A model generated the notes under the pieces. The model did no database searches, was not told where the DNA came from, and was given only the letters and a program-made list of their open reading frames with translations. A DNA stretch of 64,000 nucleotides from the NCBI RefSeq assembly GCF_018350175.1, contig NC_058368.1, positions 110,920,001 to 110,984,000 on the forward strand, written 5' to 3'. The translations under genes were made by a program, and so were the position numbers. The DNA comes from Felis catus (Eukaryota). Positions 12,760-27,039 of this stretch are shown one piece after another. Numbering within the stretch: the stretch's first letter is position 1; every line of letters starts with the position of its first letter.

Positions 12760-13740
12760 CTGCGTTTTGGCAATTTATTATGTGCCTTGCTGGAATTTTG
12801 TGTTTATCCTGTTTGGCATTCATTGACCTACCTGGATCTGAGGATTTATAGTTTTTATCACATTTTTAAAAAACATTTCACAGCCACTCTTTTTTTAAAA
12901 TAATTTTTTGGCCCTTTCTTCCCTCTCTTCTATTTCTGTAAATACAATTACATGTGTCAGAATGATTAAGATTGTCCCACTGTCATCATTTTGGTTTTAT
13001 TTCAATTTTGTCTCATTTTACTTCAATCTTCCTCTATGCTTCAATTTGGATGGTTTCTATTGTTATGTCTTAAGGACCCTGATATTTTCATTTAGTATCT
13101 AATCTGTTTTGGACTCAATTCAGTGAATTTTCACTTCACTTCAGATATTGTATATTTTAGCTCTAGAAGTTCCATTTAGATTTTTTTTTGTATTCCATTT
13201 CTTTCTTCCTTATTTTCATGTTTTCCTTTAAATACTTGAGCATTTTATAATAGCTGTCCTAAAGTCCTTATCTGCTAATAATCATCATTTCTTTATCTCT
13301 TTCTATTGACTGATTTTTAATTTTCATTATGGCTTACACTTTTCTGGGCTGTTTTCAAATCTAGTAATTTTAGTTTGAATGGCAGGTATTATGACCATTG
13401 CATGACTGAATGTTAGGATTTTTTGTTTTAGTTGTTCTTTAAAGAGTTTTAAGTTTGTTTTGATAGGCAATTGACTTACTTGAAGATCAGTTTGGTCCAA
13501 TAATGCTTGTTTCTGAGCTTGCAAGAGAAGATCTAAATTGGCCTTTTTCTAAGGCTAGTTTAACCCGAGTACTAAAGTATAATCCTTCTGAGATCTCTAT
13601 GCCCCAGCTATCCAGCAAGATCTTTCCACAATGGACCTCAGAAACCTGAGTCATTTCTAGCCTTATGTGATCTCTAAGAATTATTTGGCTTATAGCTTCC
13701 TAGTAGATTGTCTTTGGCCATGTAAGTTTCACTCTATGCA
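12760..13740 (-). mobile_element. Old L1 5'/ORF1 region fragment; similar sequence recurs at about 17030-18950
   Basis: T-rich degenerate L1 ORF1-region motifs (ttcagatattgtatattttagctctagaagttccatt). Confidence 0.6.
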
Positions 13741-13745
13741 TGCCT

Positions 13746-15900
13746 TGTCAGACTGGATACTCCAAAAACCAGATGCCAAGAAGGGGATTTGACATGTAAC
13801 AGATTTATTGAAGTAAGTGCCTTTAAGGAAAAATAAGGAGCCAGGGTTTCCTAAGAGAGTTATAAGATTGCAGTGCAGATATGACCTTCAGAAAGAGAGA
13901 GGAATGAAAGTCAGGTTGAGTGGGAAACTATTCTAAGGAAGTTTGGAAAGCTAACAGGGAACCTTCACACCAAAGTCGCCCATCAGAGAAGTCTTGAATT
14001 TCTCAGGAACAGTCCTGCCTCACACCCCTGCTGAACTCAGTCATTAGCTAGGATTAACACGTGGGAAGTGTGGCTTTATTGTAAATGTGGAGCCAAATTT
14101 CAGAGTGCAGCAGCTGAAGCCACAAGTCAATTATGCTCCGCACAGTCAGAGATCTAAGAGGTACATTTTTGTGGCCACCAGAGATTTGCCCATTGTACTA
14201 CACAGATATACTTCTCCCCACCAATTAGAGAAAGACTCCTCCATGATTCCTGTTATCCTTTATTCCTGAGAGGAAACTCAGAAGTTGGAGGATAATAAGA
14301 CAAATCACAGCCCTCATAACTGTAATAGATCTCAGGGCTGCTACTGTACTCATGCTCTCCCATGATTCATTCTGAATTTTCCTCACCTGTACCCATCATT
14401 TTGGCAGGTCTTGGTGCTCTATTACCTGGGAGTGTGACCCAAACCAGCACTCCTAGGAAGTCTAAATCCTTGGTAATCATACCCTTCTCAGTCAGAAGTG
14501 GCTACATTTGTCCATTCATGTATACATGAATACATGTATACAAGTATTCAAGTATAAGGAAGTACCAGGAGGCACTCAAATGGATAAGTGGGCTTAAAAC
14601 ATATCCCTGCCCTCTTCCTGTAACAGCAGTCCTACCTCCTCCTGCTGATCAGGACCAATTACCTCTATCAATGTGGGGATTCTTCTTTTTGACCACTAGT
14701 CACTGGTCACAAGGAATCCAAAATTCCATAGTGGCAGCTATAACTTTTAGTTCACTAGCAGTCTTGCTGTGGCCTCTAGCAAGAACGTGCTCCTTTTGAA
14801 AACCAAGAACTCCAGTTTCACCAAACCCCAAAGCTGCAAGGATGAGAAATACAAAATCCCAGAGTAGGTCATTGGAAGTGATGCTAAGCGGAGCCTTTCC
14901 TCCTTCCATGCCTTGGCTCCCGGATCCATGGAAATAGAGCACCCAGTTATTTCTGTTGGGATACAGCATGCATAAATATCTCTGATTTACTATATATTCT
15001 ACACCCTGAAGAACAGCACATCATCCTTTCATAAAACTGCCTCTGAGCTGTCACTTCAGTTGCACCTTATAAATATTGGAGGTTGGCTGCTTTGAAATGG
15101 TACTGGATGGATACTACACTGATTCCCATGGCTATCAGACCATTCCCACATCTTCTTCATCGTGAAGTGGTTGGATGCTACACTGTATTTCCATGCTTGT
15201 GAATCAGGTATTCTGAAGTCCCAGGCTACTGGAAATCTTCAGGCAGGAAAGCATATATATATTCACAATAGGTATCCATCTCTGTGAAAATGAAACCCTA
15301 GTCCTTCAAGGATGGAAAAAGCCTGATATACTTGACTTACCACCTAGTAGCTAGTTGGTCTCCTCAAAGAATAACCATATGTCAGGAGCTTGACATTAGC
15401 CTCTATTGCTGCAGTTTTCAGTATACAAGTCTTACATGTCCTTTCTCTAGGACCTTAGTGAATGATGTGTACCCTGGGTCCCTACCATGGAACATTATTC
15501 TTTGGTTGGTCTTTTGATCTTACATAATTTATTCTAGCAAGTCCATTCACTTAGCCTCTTTAATCCATCTGTAAGGGCAACTCAGGCATTACTATTTCCA
15601 TGGGTGTTGGCCATAGCTTTTTCCAGGCTTCTAATAGTCAATTTGCTACATCCCCTAAGGTTCTCATAGGGTGTTATATCTCATGTTCTGAGGTGTGCGC
15701 CCAAGTCAATGAATTCTTCTTGACCTGGACTTATATTCCAGTCCCCTTGATCAAATACCCTAAAAATCGAATCCCAGAGGTATTTCCCTGGCTCCTTTTG
15801 GTAAGCTAGCTAATTCTTAAACTTCTTCTGGCATAAGGTCAATTACACTCTCTGCTTTTGGAGCTCTGAGAAGTGCATCTTCACGGCTGCCACACACTCA
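13746..15900 (-). mobile_element. Ancient ERVL remnant: LTR16-like LTR (about 13746-14180) plus internal pol/dUTPase-region fragment
   Basis: ORF 14700..14969 contains HGSGSQGMEGGKAPLSITSNDLL, typical of the ERVL pol C-terminal region. The adjacent LTR-like segment starts tgtc..ggatactcc..ccagatgccaaga..gatttattg. Confidence 0.7.
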
Positions 15901-15948
15901 AAGATTATTATCCAGACAAATATTGGAAGGGAACCAATACAGATTTCT

Positions 15949-17012
15949 TTTTTTTTTTTTGTATAGACATACAGCTTTATTTCAGCAGCACCAGATGAAC
16001 CAAGCAGACTAAAATAGCTCCATAAAGGCTCTAAAAATTAAATAGTTATTGAAAACACAGACTACAAAATTAGGCCACAATCTAGGGACTGTCCCTAAAC
16101 AGGTAACTATCTTTTAAAGATTTTATTTTACTTAAAAAAATTTTATACAGTTAGTACTATATTAGTTTCAGGTGTACAATGTAGTGGTTCAACGATTTTA
16201 TACATTACTCAGTGCTCATCATGATAAGCATACTGTTAATCCCTTTCACATATTTTGCCCATCCAGATACCCACCTCCTTTCTGGTAACCATCCCTTTGT
16301 TCTCTATAGTTAAGTGTCTCTTTCCTGGTTTGTCTCCCTCTCTTTCTCTTTGTTCATTAGTTTTGTTTCTTTTTTTTTTTCCTTTTATTTTTTATTTTTT
16401 AAAATTTACATCCAAATTAGTTAGCATATAGTGCAACAATGATTTCAGGAGTAGATTCCTTAGTGCCCCTTACCCATTTAGCCCATGCCTCCTCCCACAA
16501 CCCCTCCAGTAACCCTCTGTTTGTTCTCCATATTTATGAGTCTTTTCTGTTTTGTCCCCCTCCCTGTTTTTATATTATTTTTGTTTCCCTTCCCTTATGT
16601 TCATCTGTTTTGTCTCTTAAAGTCCTCATCTGAGTGAAGTCATATGATTTTTGTCTTTCTCTGACTGACTAATTTCACTTAGCATAATACCCTCTAGTTC
16701 CATGCACGTAGTTGCAGATGGCAAGATGTCATTCTTTTTGATTGCCGAGTAATACTCCATTGTATAGATATACCACATCTTCTTTATCCATTCAGCCATC
16801 CATAGACATTTGGGCTCTTTCCATACTTTGGCTATTGTTGATAGTGCTCCTATAAACATGGGGGTGCATGTGTCCCTTTGAAACAGCACACCTGTATCCC
16901 TTGGATAGATACCTAGTAGTGCAATTTCTGGGTCGTAGGATAGTTCTATTTTTAGTTTTTTGGGGAACCTCCATACTGTTTTCCAGAGTGGCTGCACAAG
17001 CTTGCATTCCCT
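15949..17012 (-). mobile_element. 5'-truncated L1 with about 400 bp 3' transduction
   Basis: 15-bp TSD ccaatacagatttct at 15934-15948 and 17013-17027. L1 3' end at about 16370-17012 (ORF 16626..16997 is the ORF2p terminus). Extra segment 15961-16365 has its own AATAAA and poly(A). Confidence 0.88.
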
Positions 17013-19619
17013 CCAATACAGATTTCTAAGCTCCTTCTCTACATAGCTTTCTCTTCTCTAGTATGCTGCCTTGTAAATTGTAGCCACCTTGGCCTCCCTG
17101 AGCTTATCTCCCTACCTCACCAACTCAGAAAAATTAACAGGCTCTCCTTGGATCACCACCTCCTTATCCTGTGATCCAGGAATTGTAAAAAGCCTGTGCG
17201 ATCATAGTGACCACTTCATTTTCCTTCTATGAAGGAAATGATTCATAAGGAAGGAAATCATTCATTCAGGGATGATTGTCCTGGGCTGCCTGTTGCCCAA
17301 CATCAAAGACAGCTGTTTCATTTTTTTATATTATCTTACCAAGTGCCTACAATAAAGCAAAACTTTTGACTTGTTAGACTTTAATATAAATTACTACTTT
17401 CACTACTTCTCTGATAATGCTAACTGTAAGGAAGGCTAGGAAAAGTAGTTTTTATTCCAGGCATTCATGGTTCAGTTACAAATCAGGACTTTTATTAATT
17501 TTTTTTAAATTTTTTAATGTTTTATTATTTATTTTTGAGGGGGGGAGGGGCAGAGAGAGAGGGAGACACAGAATCCGAGGCAGGCTCCAGGCTCTGAGCT
17601 GTCAGCACAGAGCCCTACACAGGGCTTGAACTCACAAGCTGTGAGATCATAACCTGAGCCAAAGTCTGACACTTAACTGACTGAGCCACCCAGGCGACCC
17701 ACAAATCAAGACTTTTATTACAAAAGAAGAAGCAGAGAACCGATATTGGGAGATGACTATTAATCTACTTCAGTATTCCAGGGTTATAGCTATTTTCTCT
17801 TGGTCCATGGAAGGTATCATTCCAACTATTTTCTGACCTCCACTGTGCTGTTGAGAAGTCAGTTGTAATTCTATGTATCATGCATTTACAGGGCTTGGTC
17901 TTTTTCTCTAACTGCTTTTCCATTTTTTCACTTCATTGGTGTTGTGTACTTTCAGGGTGATGTGTCAGAGAATGGATTTCATTTTCCTTATTCTTAGAAT
18001 TCACTGGGATTCCTGAGTCTTAAGCATTCGTTTTTTATCAATTCTGCAAAATTATCAGCTATCATTTCTTTGAACATTTCCCTCTCTCATTCTTTTTTTT
18101 TCCTTTCAGAATTGTATTTAGTCATATGTCAGACTTTCACATACTTCATCCATGTCTCTTAACTTCCACTTTATCTTTTCTACTTCTTATTTCCCTAGGC
18201 CGTTATCTGAGTAATTTCTTTAGATCTATTTTTCATTTCACTTATTCTCTCTTTAGTTCTAATTTACTATTTGACAACTCCATGAGGATTCTACTTTTAA
18301 TTATTTTTTAAAATTTATTCATTCACTTTGAGACAGAGACAGAGACAGAGCACATGAGCAAGGGAGGGGCAAAGAGGGAGGGAAAGAGAGAATCCAAAGC
18401 AGGCTCCGCACTCTCAGTGCGAATACCAACATGGGGCTCAAACTCACAAGTTTGAGCTGTCAGCACGGAGCCTGACGTGGGGCTTGAACCCACAAACCGT
18501 GAGGTCATGACCTCAGTCGAAGTTAGACACCTAACCGACTGAGCCACCCAGGTGCCCTTAACATCCTACTTTAAACTGCATTCCTCCAGAAAGGATTTGC
18601 ATTTGCTTCTGCCAGCCACCTGGTTCCATCACTTATCCATTAGTACTTTCAGCTACATTCTCACCTTGGGTTTCTGGGATAATACATGCAGTGTGAATTC
18701 TGACCCTAAACCTGTGTAAAGGATGGTTATGAGTTCTCAAGGGAAAGGTTGTTTGTTGTTTTGTTTTGTTTTGTTTTGTTTTTGCCATCCAGAGCCAAGG
18801 ACAAGGCAGATAAACTTCTCTACAACCTTTTCAAGGAGTTGGCTTTGTCTAATTCACTCTTTACTAAGGGTATCACTTTTCAAGGACTCAGCTTTATGTG
18901 CAGTGTCCAATACAACTTTGCATAGGCCCAGACTTTATCTCCTTTCACTTGAATGACCTGCTAAAACCATACTCTAAACCACCAGTTTAGACATGAGCTT
19001 CTATAACTGGAATTTTTTAGGATATCCAGCACACATGTTGTCAGATAGCTAGGATGCATACTGCCAGAAATGAAAAAGGAGACTTGGTTTTGATCTAACA
19101 ATGCTGAAACTTCAGAAAAGCTTCAACTGCACCTTCGTAAAGGCAAATAGAATTGTGAGTGCTATGAAGTTTGGGAAAGGAACTGTAGCATGACATCCCT
19201 AACTCCAATCCCAAGATTTCTTCCAACAAGCTTGCTCAGTGACAACCATGCCTCAGATTCTTACTAATCATTTTTAATATCATTCATTGACTCTTCAGCA
19301 AGTGTCCAAACTACCCAGGTTGTTTTCAATTTATTTGTTCCATACATATTAAGGTACATAATTATATAAAGACACTTGGGGAGGAGTGATAGTTACAAAG
19401 ATATAATTTAAGAGATAACTAGCATCACAAAACAGGATGTGAAACATATAATATTTGTTTAGATATATGTAGTATAAGCAATTAAAAAAATGGGAGTCTA
19501 CAGGAAAAATAGAGTCCCAATCATACAAGAGAGGCTCATAAACTTAAACATGAAAAGTTAATACAATATACAAGGATCAAATGAGTTATAAAGAATCAAG
19601 TACACCTGATACCCTAATG

Positions 19620-20260
19620 GCTATCAGATACATGGAAAATGAACAAAAAAAAAAAATCAAGTTGATGCCAAGTTTAAACCTGAGGAAACCATGGTACCAC
19701 TTTTAGAAACAAGAAAATCCAGGAGGGAAAAGAAAGATAGTTTGGGGAGAAATGAATCCAATGTAGATATGGTAAGTTTGAAGAAACAGCAAAACAATAA
19801 AGTGGAAATATTAGCAAAACGTGGAGATCAGAAAAATGTCAGTTCAGAACTAAATATCTTGGAAGAATATCCTCTAATACCCTCTGTGGTGGTAGTCAAG
19901 ATAGAAGAGCAGCGCACTTTCCTCAGGAAAACAGGGAAGAGTAGAAGGCTTAAGAAATGAACTTTAGAGGATGATGACAGGGAAAAAGGTAGGAAGATAA
20001 ATTATTAGTAGAGCAGAAAAGTGTTTGGAGGTGAGAAGAAAACAGTGGTGTGACCAAAAAGGTGAGAGTGTTTCAAGAAGAAAAAGATGATTCATGGCAT
20101 CAAATGCGACAGAAAATCAGGGAAAATAAGGACTTAAAGAAAGCCACTGAATCTAACAACTAGGAAATAATTGATGTCCATCAAAAGCAAGGTTTTATTG
20201 CTGTGGTAAAAATGGAAGCCAGACTCAATATGTAATGAATCAAATTGTAATTTTATTCTT
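19620..20260 (+). mobile_element. L2 fragment
   Basis: Purine-rich L2 motifs (catcaaatgcgacaga..aaggacttaaagaaagccactgaatctaacaactaggaaat). Strand assignment is tentative. Confidence 0.55.
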
Positions 20261-20977
20261 CAAGGTGTTAGGGTGCTTCCCTATCACTGTGACTATATTC
20301 TTTGTTCCTTCCTCCAGATGAAAGAAAATAGGTGCCACATGGCAGCAACCCTCTAAGCTATGAGTTGTAACCCCTTCCACTTACAACAACTCCACCTGGT
20401 CAAAGGACTAGAGCCAAGAGTCCCAATTATCACATGGATATCTACCCAATAGATTTCAAAACTTGACTCAGTTGATTGCCAACTCAGCTGCCACCGTCTT
20501 TGCCATAACCCACTTCTTTCCGTGACTTTTGGTAGCCACAGGCAACCAAGTCATGGCAATCCCATCAGCCTTGTATAGGCTCCCTCCAAGGCCATAAGAA
20601 TAACCCTAGCAATTTTTTAATTGTAATTCTGTGTTCTTTTTCTCCAAAAAGGGTCCTGAGATATGAAAGCATCAAGCTGCATAATACCTGGATCTCCCTA
20701 TATTAACCAGTAACTCATCCTCTCCAACATCGTAACATAGCCATGTTTGTAACATCGCCTTACCTGCTCCACTAATGTACAGACTTTGAGAAAGTCCAAT
20801 ATAGCCTCAAAAGATGAAAGCTGGGAATTGCTAGTCTACAGTTTGTTTCCCCAGGATGGAACAGAACTACAATACAGGGGTGCCTGGGTGGCTCAGTTGG
20901 TTGCATCTGACTCTTGATTTCAGCTCAGGTCGATTCCAGGGTCGTGGGATCAAGCCCCACATCAGGTTCTGTGCAAG

Positions 20978-20980
<3 letters not shown>

Positions 20981-21042
<62 letters not shown>
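20981..21042. repeat. (CT)n expansion within a CanSINE
   Basis: About 31 perfect CT units in the SINE CT tract. Confidence 0.97.
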
Positions 21043-21045
<3 letters not shown>

Positions 21046-21757
21046 CCTGTCCCCTACTTGTGCTTTCTCTCTCTCTCTGAAAAATAAAAAGAACTCCAAT
21101 ACAAGTGTCTCTCATTTAACATAGCACAACTTTAAAAAGTGCTGCCAAATCTGCAGAGATTAATTTTTTTCTTAACTACAGAAAGAGATATGTTATACAG
21201 TTCTCTTTTGAAGCTCTAAATGCCATGTTTATTCTTTTTTTTTAAGTCTTTATTTATTTACTTGAGAGACAGAGAGAGAGAATGAACACCATAGGGACAG
21301 AGAGAGAAGGGGACAGAGGATCTGAAGCCAACTCTGTGCTGAGAGCAGAGCCCAATGAGGCACTCAAACTCACAAACCTGAGCCAAAGTTGGAGGCTTAA
21401 CCGACTAAGCCACCCAGGTGCCCCACCATGTTTTTTCTTGTATTTAATGGAACATTTATACATGAAGAGCAGGTCTTTGTTGTATTGCTGCCAACTTCTT
21501 ATCTAAACAAATGAAGAACAAGGCACAGATACCCTCAGAATTTTCACAGGCAGTATGCAACAAGAGTAGAGAGTACCTCCACACTGAATGTATTATCCAG
21601 GGAATGAAGTCAGGATACATTGAAACAACTAGGACAACAGAACTAAAATTAAAGACCATGATTCGGCATTTTTGAATGAGACTCCAAAGGTACCATGAAC
21701 AATTAAATTTCATCATGAAAACTCACTATGCCCTGTGTATTTTAAATCTTATCCCAA

Positions 21758-21978
21758 GGGCACCTGGGTGGCGCAGTCGGTTAAGCGTCCGACTTCAGCC
21801 AGGTCACGATCTCGCGGTCCGTGAGTTCGAGCCCCGCGTCGGGCTCTGGGCTGATGGCTCAGAGCCTGGAGCCTGTTTCCGATTCTGTGTCTCCCTCTCT
21901 CTCTGCCCCTCCCCCGTTCATGCTCTCTCTCTGTCCCAAAAATAAATAAACGTTGAAAAAAAAAATTAAAAAAAAAAT
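21758..21978 (+). mobile_element. Young CanSINE (SINEC_Fc type)
   Basis: Consensus-like body. TSD aaatcttatccca. Confidence 0.95.
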
Positions 21979-23079
21979 CTTATCCCAGTAAGTCCTTACA
22001 ATATGTCTAAGATAAGTTACTCTTGTTCCCATTTCCCAGGTAGGAAAATTGAGGCAACAAAGCACCACACGCAAAATCACCAGTGAAGAAGTGGTTTACC
22101 ACAGCCTTTAGACCATCATTCTAATTCAGGTAATCTGATACTAATCTTAACTCTATTATATCATATGGCTTTTAATAAAAATTGAATGTTCATTCAATAA
22201 ATAGTTTTAAAAAGATAGAAGCCCCAGAAGTTTATATAATTTCAGAAAATATTCTGACACCACCACATACTCTTTTTGGAAAAAACAATTTTCTGAACTC
22301 AAATCTATCAAAAAACAACAAGGAAGATTATTGATGACAGAATTATCCATAATAAATCTTGTTTTTAAAGGTTTTCACAAGGCGTCATATGCTTTAAAGA
22401 TTTTAATAATACTGTTCAATGTAATAATTAGTAGCCACAAAGAAATTATCAGAGAAGCCCAAGAGATGCTGCCTGAAATGTATATAAATAATCTATGGCT
22501 TAGTTTGTAATGTCCTAAGACTTTGGAGTCATTCATATGAAACAGCCCAATACCTAGCATGCATTTTTATTGCATCTCTCTCCTAGAATACCAAGAGCCA
22601 TTGATGTGGAGCAAAAAACATTGCTGTATTAGTGCCCCATCTTCATCTCCATATACTAGTTCGGTCCAACAGAGGACCAAGTAGCTTATCCTCTATTAAA
22701 CCAGGGCACATAATGGCTCCAGGTCCTGGAAATGCTGGACCCTAAGCTCCCTCTGCAGGAGGTTGGGACTATCAGACTTCAAAGAGAACCTGATAATCAT
22801 TTTTACTCTAGGACAAGAGGGACATATAGACTATGTAAAGCCACTGGACACCTGTAATCTATATATTGCTATCTATTAAATAGATACTTGTGAAGAGCTA
22901 CTTGTGAAGAGAAAGAACCTTAACCAAAGACAGTGTGAAAGTCAATCTAAGGCAAAACTCATTTTATTTACTGCTTTGAGTTATACATTTCACAGGATCA
23001 TTTATTCTTTCAATGCCATGTGTAGCCACACATTTAGGTAAATAAGTCAGGAACTCAGGGAGCAGGGATTTAGTGTTTG

Positions 23080-23740
23080 GCTCATTGCTGTATTCCCCAT
23101 GACTGGGAAGGTGCCTGGCATATTTTAATGGAGGGAGACCATTAAAAAACAAAACAAATAAGTAAAATTTGTAGCTTGTCAGGTAGAGAAATGCTATATG
23201 AAAAAGTTAAAAAGGGGAACAAGAATGGGAAAAGTCGTAATTTTAAGTAAAGTCGCCATTTATGAGTAAAAATCAGTAAGGAGGTTGTCTTGAACAGTTG
23301 TTAAGAAATGTTGTGCATAGTAGTAGAAGAGTAAAAAGTAGTCAAGTCCTGGAAATTCTTTGAAGGTATAGCTGAAATAATGTAGGGGATGAGAGAAAGG
23401 GAGATGTCCAGGATTATTCCAAGATATTTCTGCTGAGCAAATGGAAGAATGGAGTTGCCCTTAACTAGGATGAGGAAAATATGGCGGAGCAGGAGGGAGT
23501 GAGGAAGAGATCAGGATCTTAATTTTGGACATGTTAAGTTTGAGATACCTATAATATGTTCTGGTGGAGCTGTTGAATGGACAGTTGGAATCTGAGTCTG
23601 GAGTTTAGGGGTCAAGTCCAGGCTGGAGAGAGAGAACTGAGAGTCATCAGTATGTAAATGGTATTTAAGGCCATGAATCTGGATGAGCTCACCAAAGGAC
23701 TACACAGAGAAAAGAGAAGGTCTGAGAACTGATCCCAAAT
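23080..23740 (+). mobile_element. L2 fragment
   Basis: ggaagaatggagttgccc..ttttggacatgttaagtttgagatacct..atggtatttaaggccatga. Strand assignment is tentative. Confidence 0.7.
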
Positions 23741-23956
23741 GCTTTTTGATTATTTAAACCACAAAATCATTATATCTCCTGCTTTCCCTTTGTTTACAGG
23801 GCTCACTAAACTATTATTAAGATAAAGTAATCAGATAAAATAAATTCATAATGATTGTCATCCACTATTCTTCCACAAAGCTATAAATCAACTGTCTAGT
23901 GATTCTTCCTAGGTCATCTTCAGGTTTCAAAATTAAGGTAAATAAACTGTTGTTTT

Positions 23957-25030
23957 GGGGGCACCCAGGTTAAGCGTCTGACTGTTTGATATCTGTTCAG
24001 GTCATGATCTCACAGATTCCTGAGTTTGAGCCATACATTGGCTGTGCACTGATAGCATATAGCCAGCTTGAGATGATTCTCCCTCTTTCTTTGCCCCTCC
24101 CCCGCTCACACACTCTGTCTCTCTCAAAATAAATAAATAAACTTAAAAAAAAAAATAAATCCTTTTTATTTAAAACACTTATTCATTTTTGAAAAACAGA
24201 GAAAGACAGAGCATGAGTGGGGGGAGGGGTAGAGAGAGAAGGAGACACAGAATCCAAAGCAGGCTCCAGGCTCCAAGCTGTCAGCACAGAGCCCAATGTG
24301 GGGCTCGAACTCACAGACCATGAGATCATGACCTGAGCTGAAGTCAGACACTTAACAGATTGAGCCACCCAGGCGCCCCAATCTGTTTCTTTTTTTTTTG
24401 CCCATAAGATTTTAAAGAAGGGTGGCTCAGTCAGATAAGTGTCTGACTTTGGTTCAAGTCATGATCTTGCAGTTTGTGGGTTCAAGCCCCGCATCCAGCT
24501 CTGTGCTGACAGCTCAGAGCCTGGAGCCTGCTTCGGATTCTGTATCTCTTTCTCTCTTTCTCTCTCTCTATCTCTCTCTCCCCTCCTCCCCCACTCATGC
24601 TCTGTCTCTCTCGCACGCGCTCTCTAAAAACTAAACAAACACTCCCTCTCTCTCTGCCCCTCCCCTGCTCATGCTCTCTCTCTGTCTCAAAAATAAATAA
24701 AAACATTAAAAAAAATTAAAAAAAAAAAGGGGGCGCCTGGGCGGCTCAGTCGGTTAAGTGTCCGACTTCAGCTCAGGTCATGATTTCGCGGTCCCTGAGT
24801 TCAACCCCACGTCAGGCTCTGTGCTGACAGCTCAGAGCCTGGAGCCTGCTTTGGATTCTGTGTCTCCTTCTCTCTCTGCCTCTCCCCTGCTCATGCTCTG
24901 TCTCTCTCTGTCTCAAAAATAAAAACATTAAAAAAAAATTTTTTTAAACTAAACAAACATTAAAAAAATAAAATAAAATAAAATAAAATAAAATAAAATA
25001 AAATAAAATAAAATAAAATAAAATAAAATA
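23957..25030. mobile_element. Cluster of five CanSINE units in mixed orientation
   Basis: Plus 23957-24155, minus 24162-24379, plus compound 24420-25030. Confidence 0.9.
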
Positions 25031-25032
25031 AA
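24969..25032. repeat. (TAAAA)n pentanucleotide repeat derived from a SINE tail
   Basis: About 12 perfect units. Confidence 0.97.
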
Positions 25033-26859
25033 GAAGGGTGCTACATTTATCTGCCTTCTGAGAGGTTTCCCAAATAACCACTTGTAACTAATTGATAGCA
25101 ACTATTTCTCAGCAATCCCAGGCTAGTTTTACCCTCTTCTCTTTTAGTTTGGCTTTCATCGCACCCATTGTAAGTACATACTTCAGGTTATCTGACTTCA
25201 GGATTACTTTTTTCAGAAAAGAAGAAAAATTATTATAATTCTTTGCCTTTACAGAGTCATCAGTTATCATCTTTTCCTAACAGTGTAGGAAGAAAATGTA
25301 GGCAGTTAGGACACTAGCAGGATAGTAGGACATTTTCCTTGTTTCTATATTTTTGCTTTTTATTAAAATGAAAAGAATGATTTCTTGTTGTCATCTTGTG
25401 ACATAAGTTTCCTACATCACCAAAGATTTCTTGATCATTTCCCTACGCAATTCTGCTAGTAGTTTTACTAACATGGGCCAATTTCCATTTAGGGCCCTTT
25501 AATTTATACTTTGGCAGAGTTCACAGAATAAATTAGCATTACAATAACCAGAATAAGAACAACAAAAACAAAAGGTATAGGCTCCTATTTACACATAAGG
25601 GAGCAAATTCCTATCCACATATTCATATCCTTAGTGATGGTCTTAAACTAAAATAGAGGAAAAAAGGGACATTTTATATACTGTAGAGCTATAACTTTTG
25701 ATAATGACTAAAGTTTTTTTTTTTAATTCTTAAGGTAAATAGCATATGTTATTCAATACAATTCTGTTGCCTAAAATAGTGACTGTATCTCCACTACCAG
25801 AACTCTTAAACTGAACTTCTAGTTCCAGCCATGATGGAGTAACAGGTACTGGTCTTACCTCAAACAACAATAAAACTGGACAAAACACATAAAACAACTG
25901 TTTCAGATACTGGACAGCAGATCAGGTCAATTTTATCAGAAATAAAAAGGCCCTAAATATATATGCACTTAATAACAGAGCTTCAAAATGTATAAAGTAA
26001 CTACTAACAGAATGGAAAGGAGAAAAAGACAAATCTAAAATTATAGTTGAAGATTTCAATATTCCTCCCTCAGCAACTGATAAAAGAAGTAGACTAAAAA
26101 TCAGAAAGATAAGAAACCTAAATACAGTATCAACAAACTTGATCTAATTGTCTTTTATAGAATACTATATTCAACTTCAACAAAATATTTATTTTATTTT
26201 TATTTTTATTTATTACCGAGAAAGAGTGTGAGCATAAGAGGGGCAGAGATAGGAGGAGACACAGAATCCGAAGCAGGCTCCAGACTCTGAGCTGTTAGCA
26301 CAGAGCCCCATGCAGAGCTTGAACTCACAAACTGCGAGATTATGACCTGAGCCGAAGTCAGACGCTTAACCAACTGAGCCACCCAGGCACCCCAAGATAT
26401 TTTTTTTTGAAAATACTTATTTTCAAGTATACACATTCATTTTAAGTTTTTTTTCAACATTCAATAAGATAAACCATATGCTGGGACATAAAACAGGTCT
26501 CAGTGGATTTAGGACCGAAATAATATATTCTCTGAAAATTAAATAAAAAATTGATAATAGTAAGATAGTTGGAACCGACCTAAATAGTTGATAATTGAAC
26601 AACAAAAGAAATCATAAAGGAAATTGGGAAATATGTTTAGCTGATTGAAATAATACTATTTAAATTTGTGGCATACAGTTAACATGGAAATTTAAAGCTT
26701 TAAATGTTCATATTAGAAAAGAGGAGGGGTGCCAGGATGGCTCAGTTCGTTCAGTGTCCAATTTCGGCTCATGTCATGATCTCATGGTTCATGGGTTCCA
26801 GCCCCACATCTATCTCTGTGCTGACAGCTTGGAGCCTGGAGCCTGCTTCGGATTCTTTG

Positions 26860-26897
<38 letters not shown>

Positions 26898-27039
26898 CCT
26901 CCCCTGCTCACACGCAAGCTCTCTCTCTCTCTCTCTCAAAAAAAAAAATAAACATTAAAAAAAATTTTTTTTAATAAAAGATGAGAAGTCTCAAGTCATG
27001 ACCTCAGCTCCACCTTTCAGGAGACAAAAAATAAAAGTT

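Noticed and set aside
14700..14969. ERVL-derived ORF as a domesticated gene
   Set aside because: It is short and frameshifted relative to ERVL pol, and is embedded in heavily decayed internal sequence.
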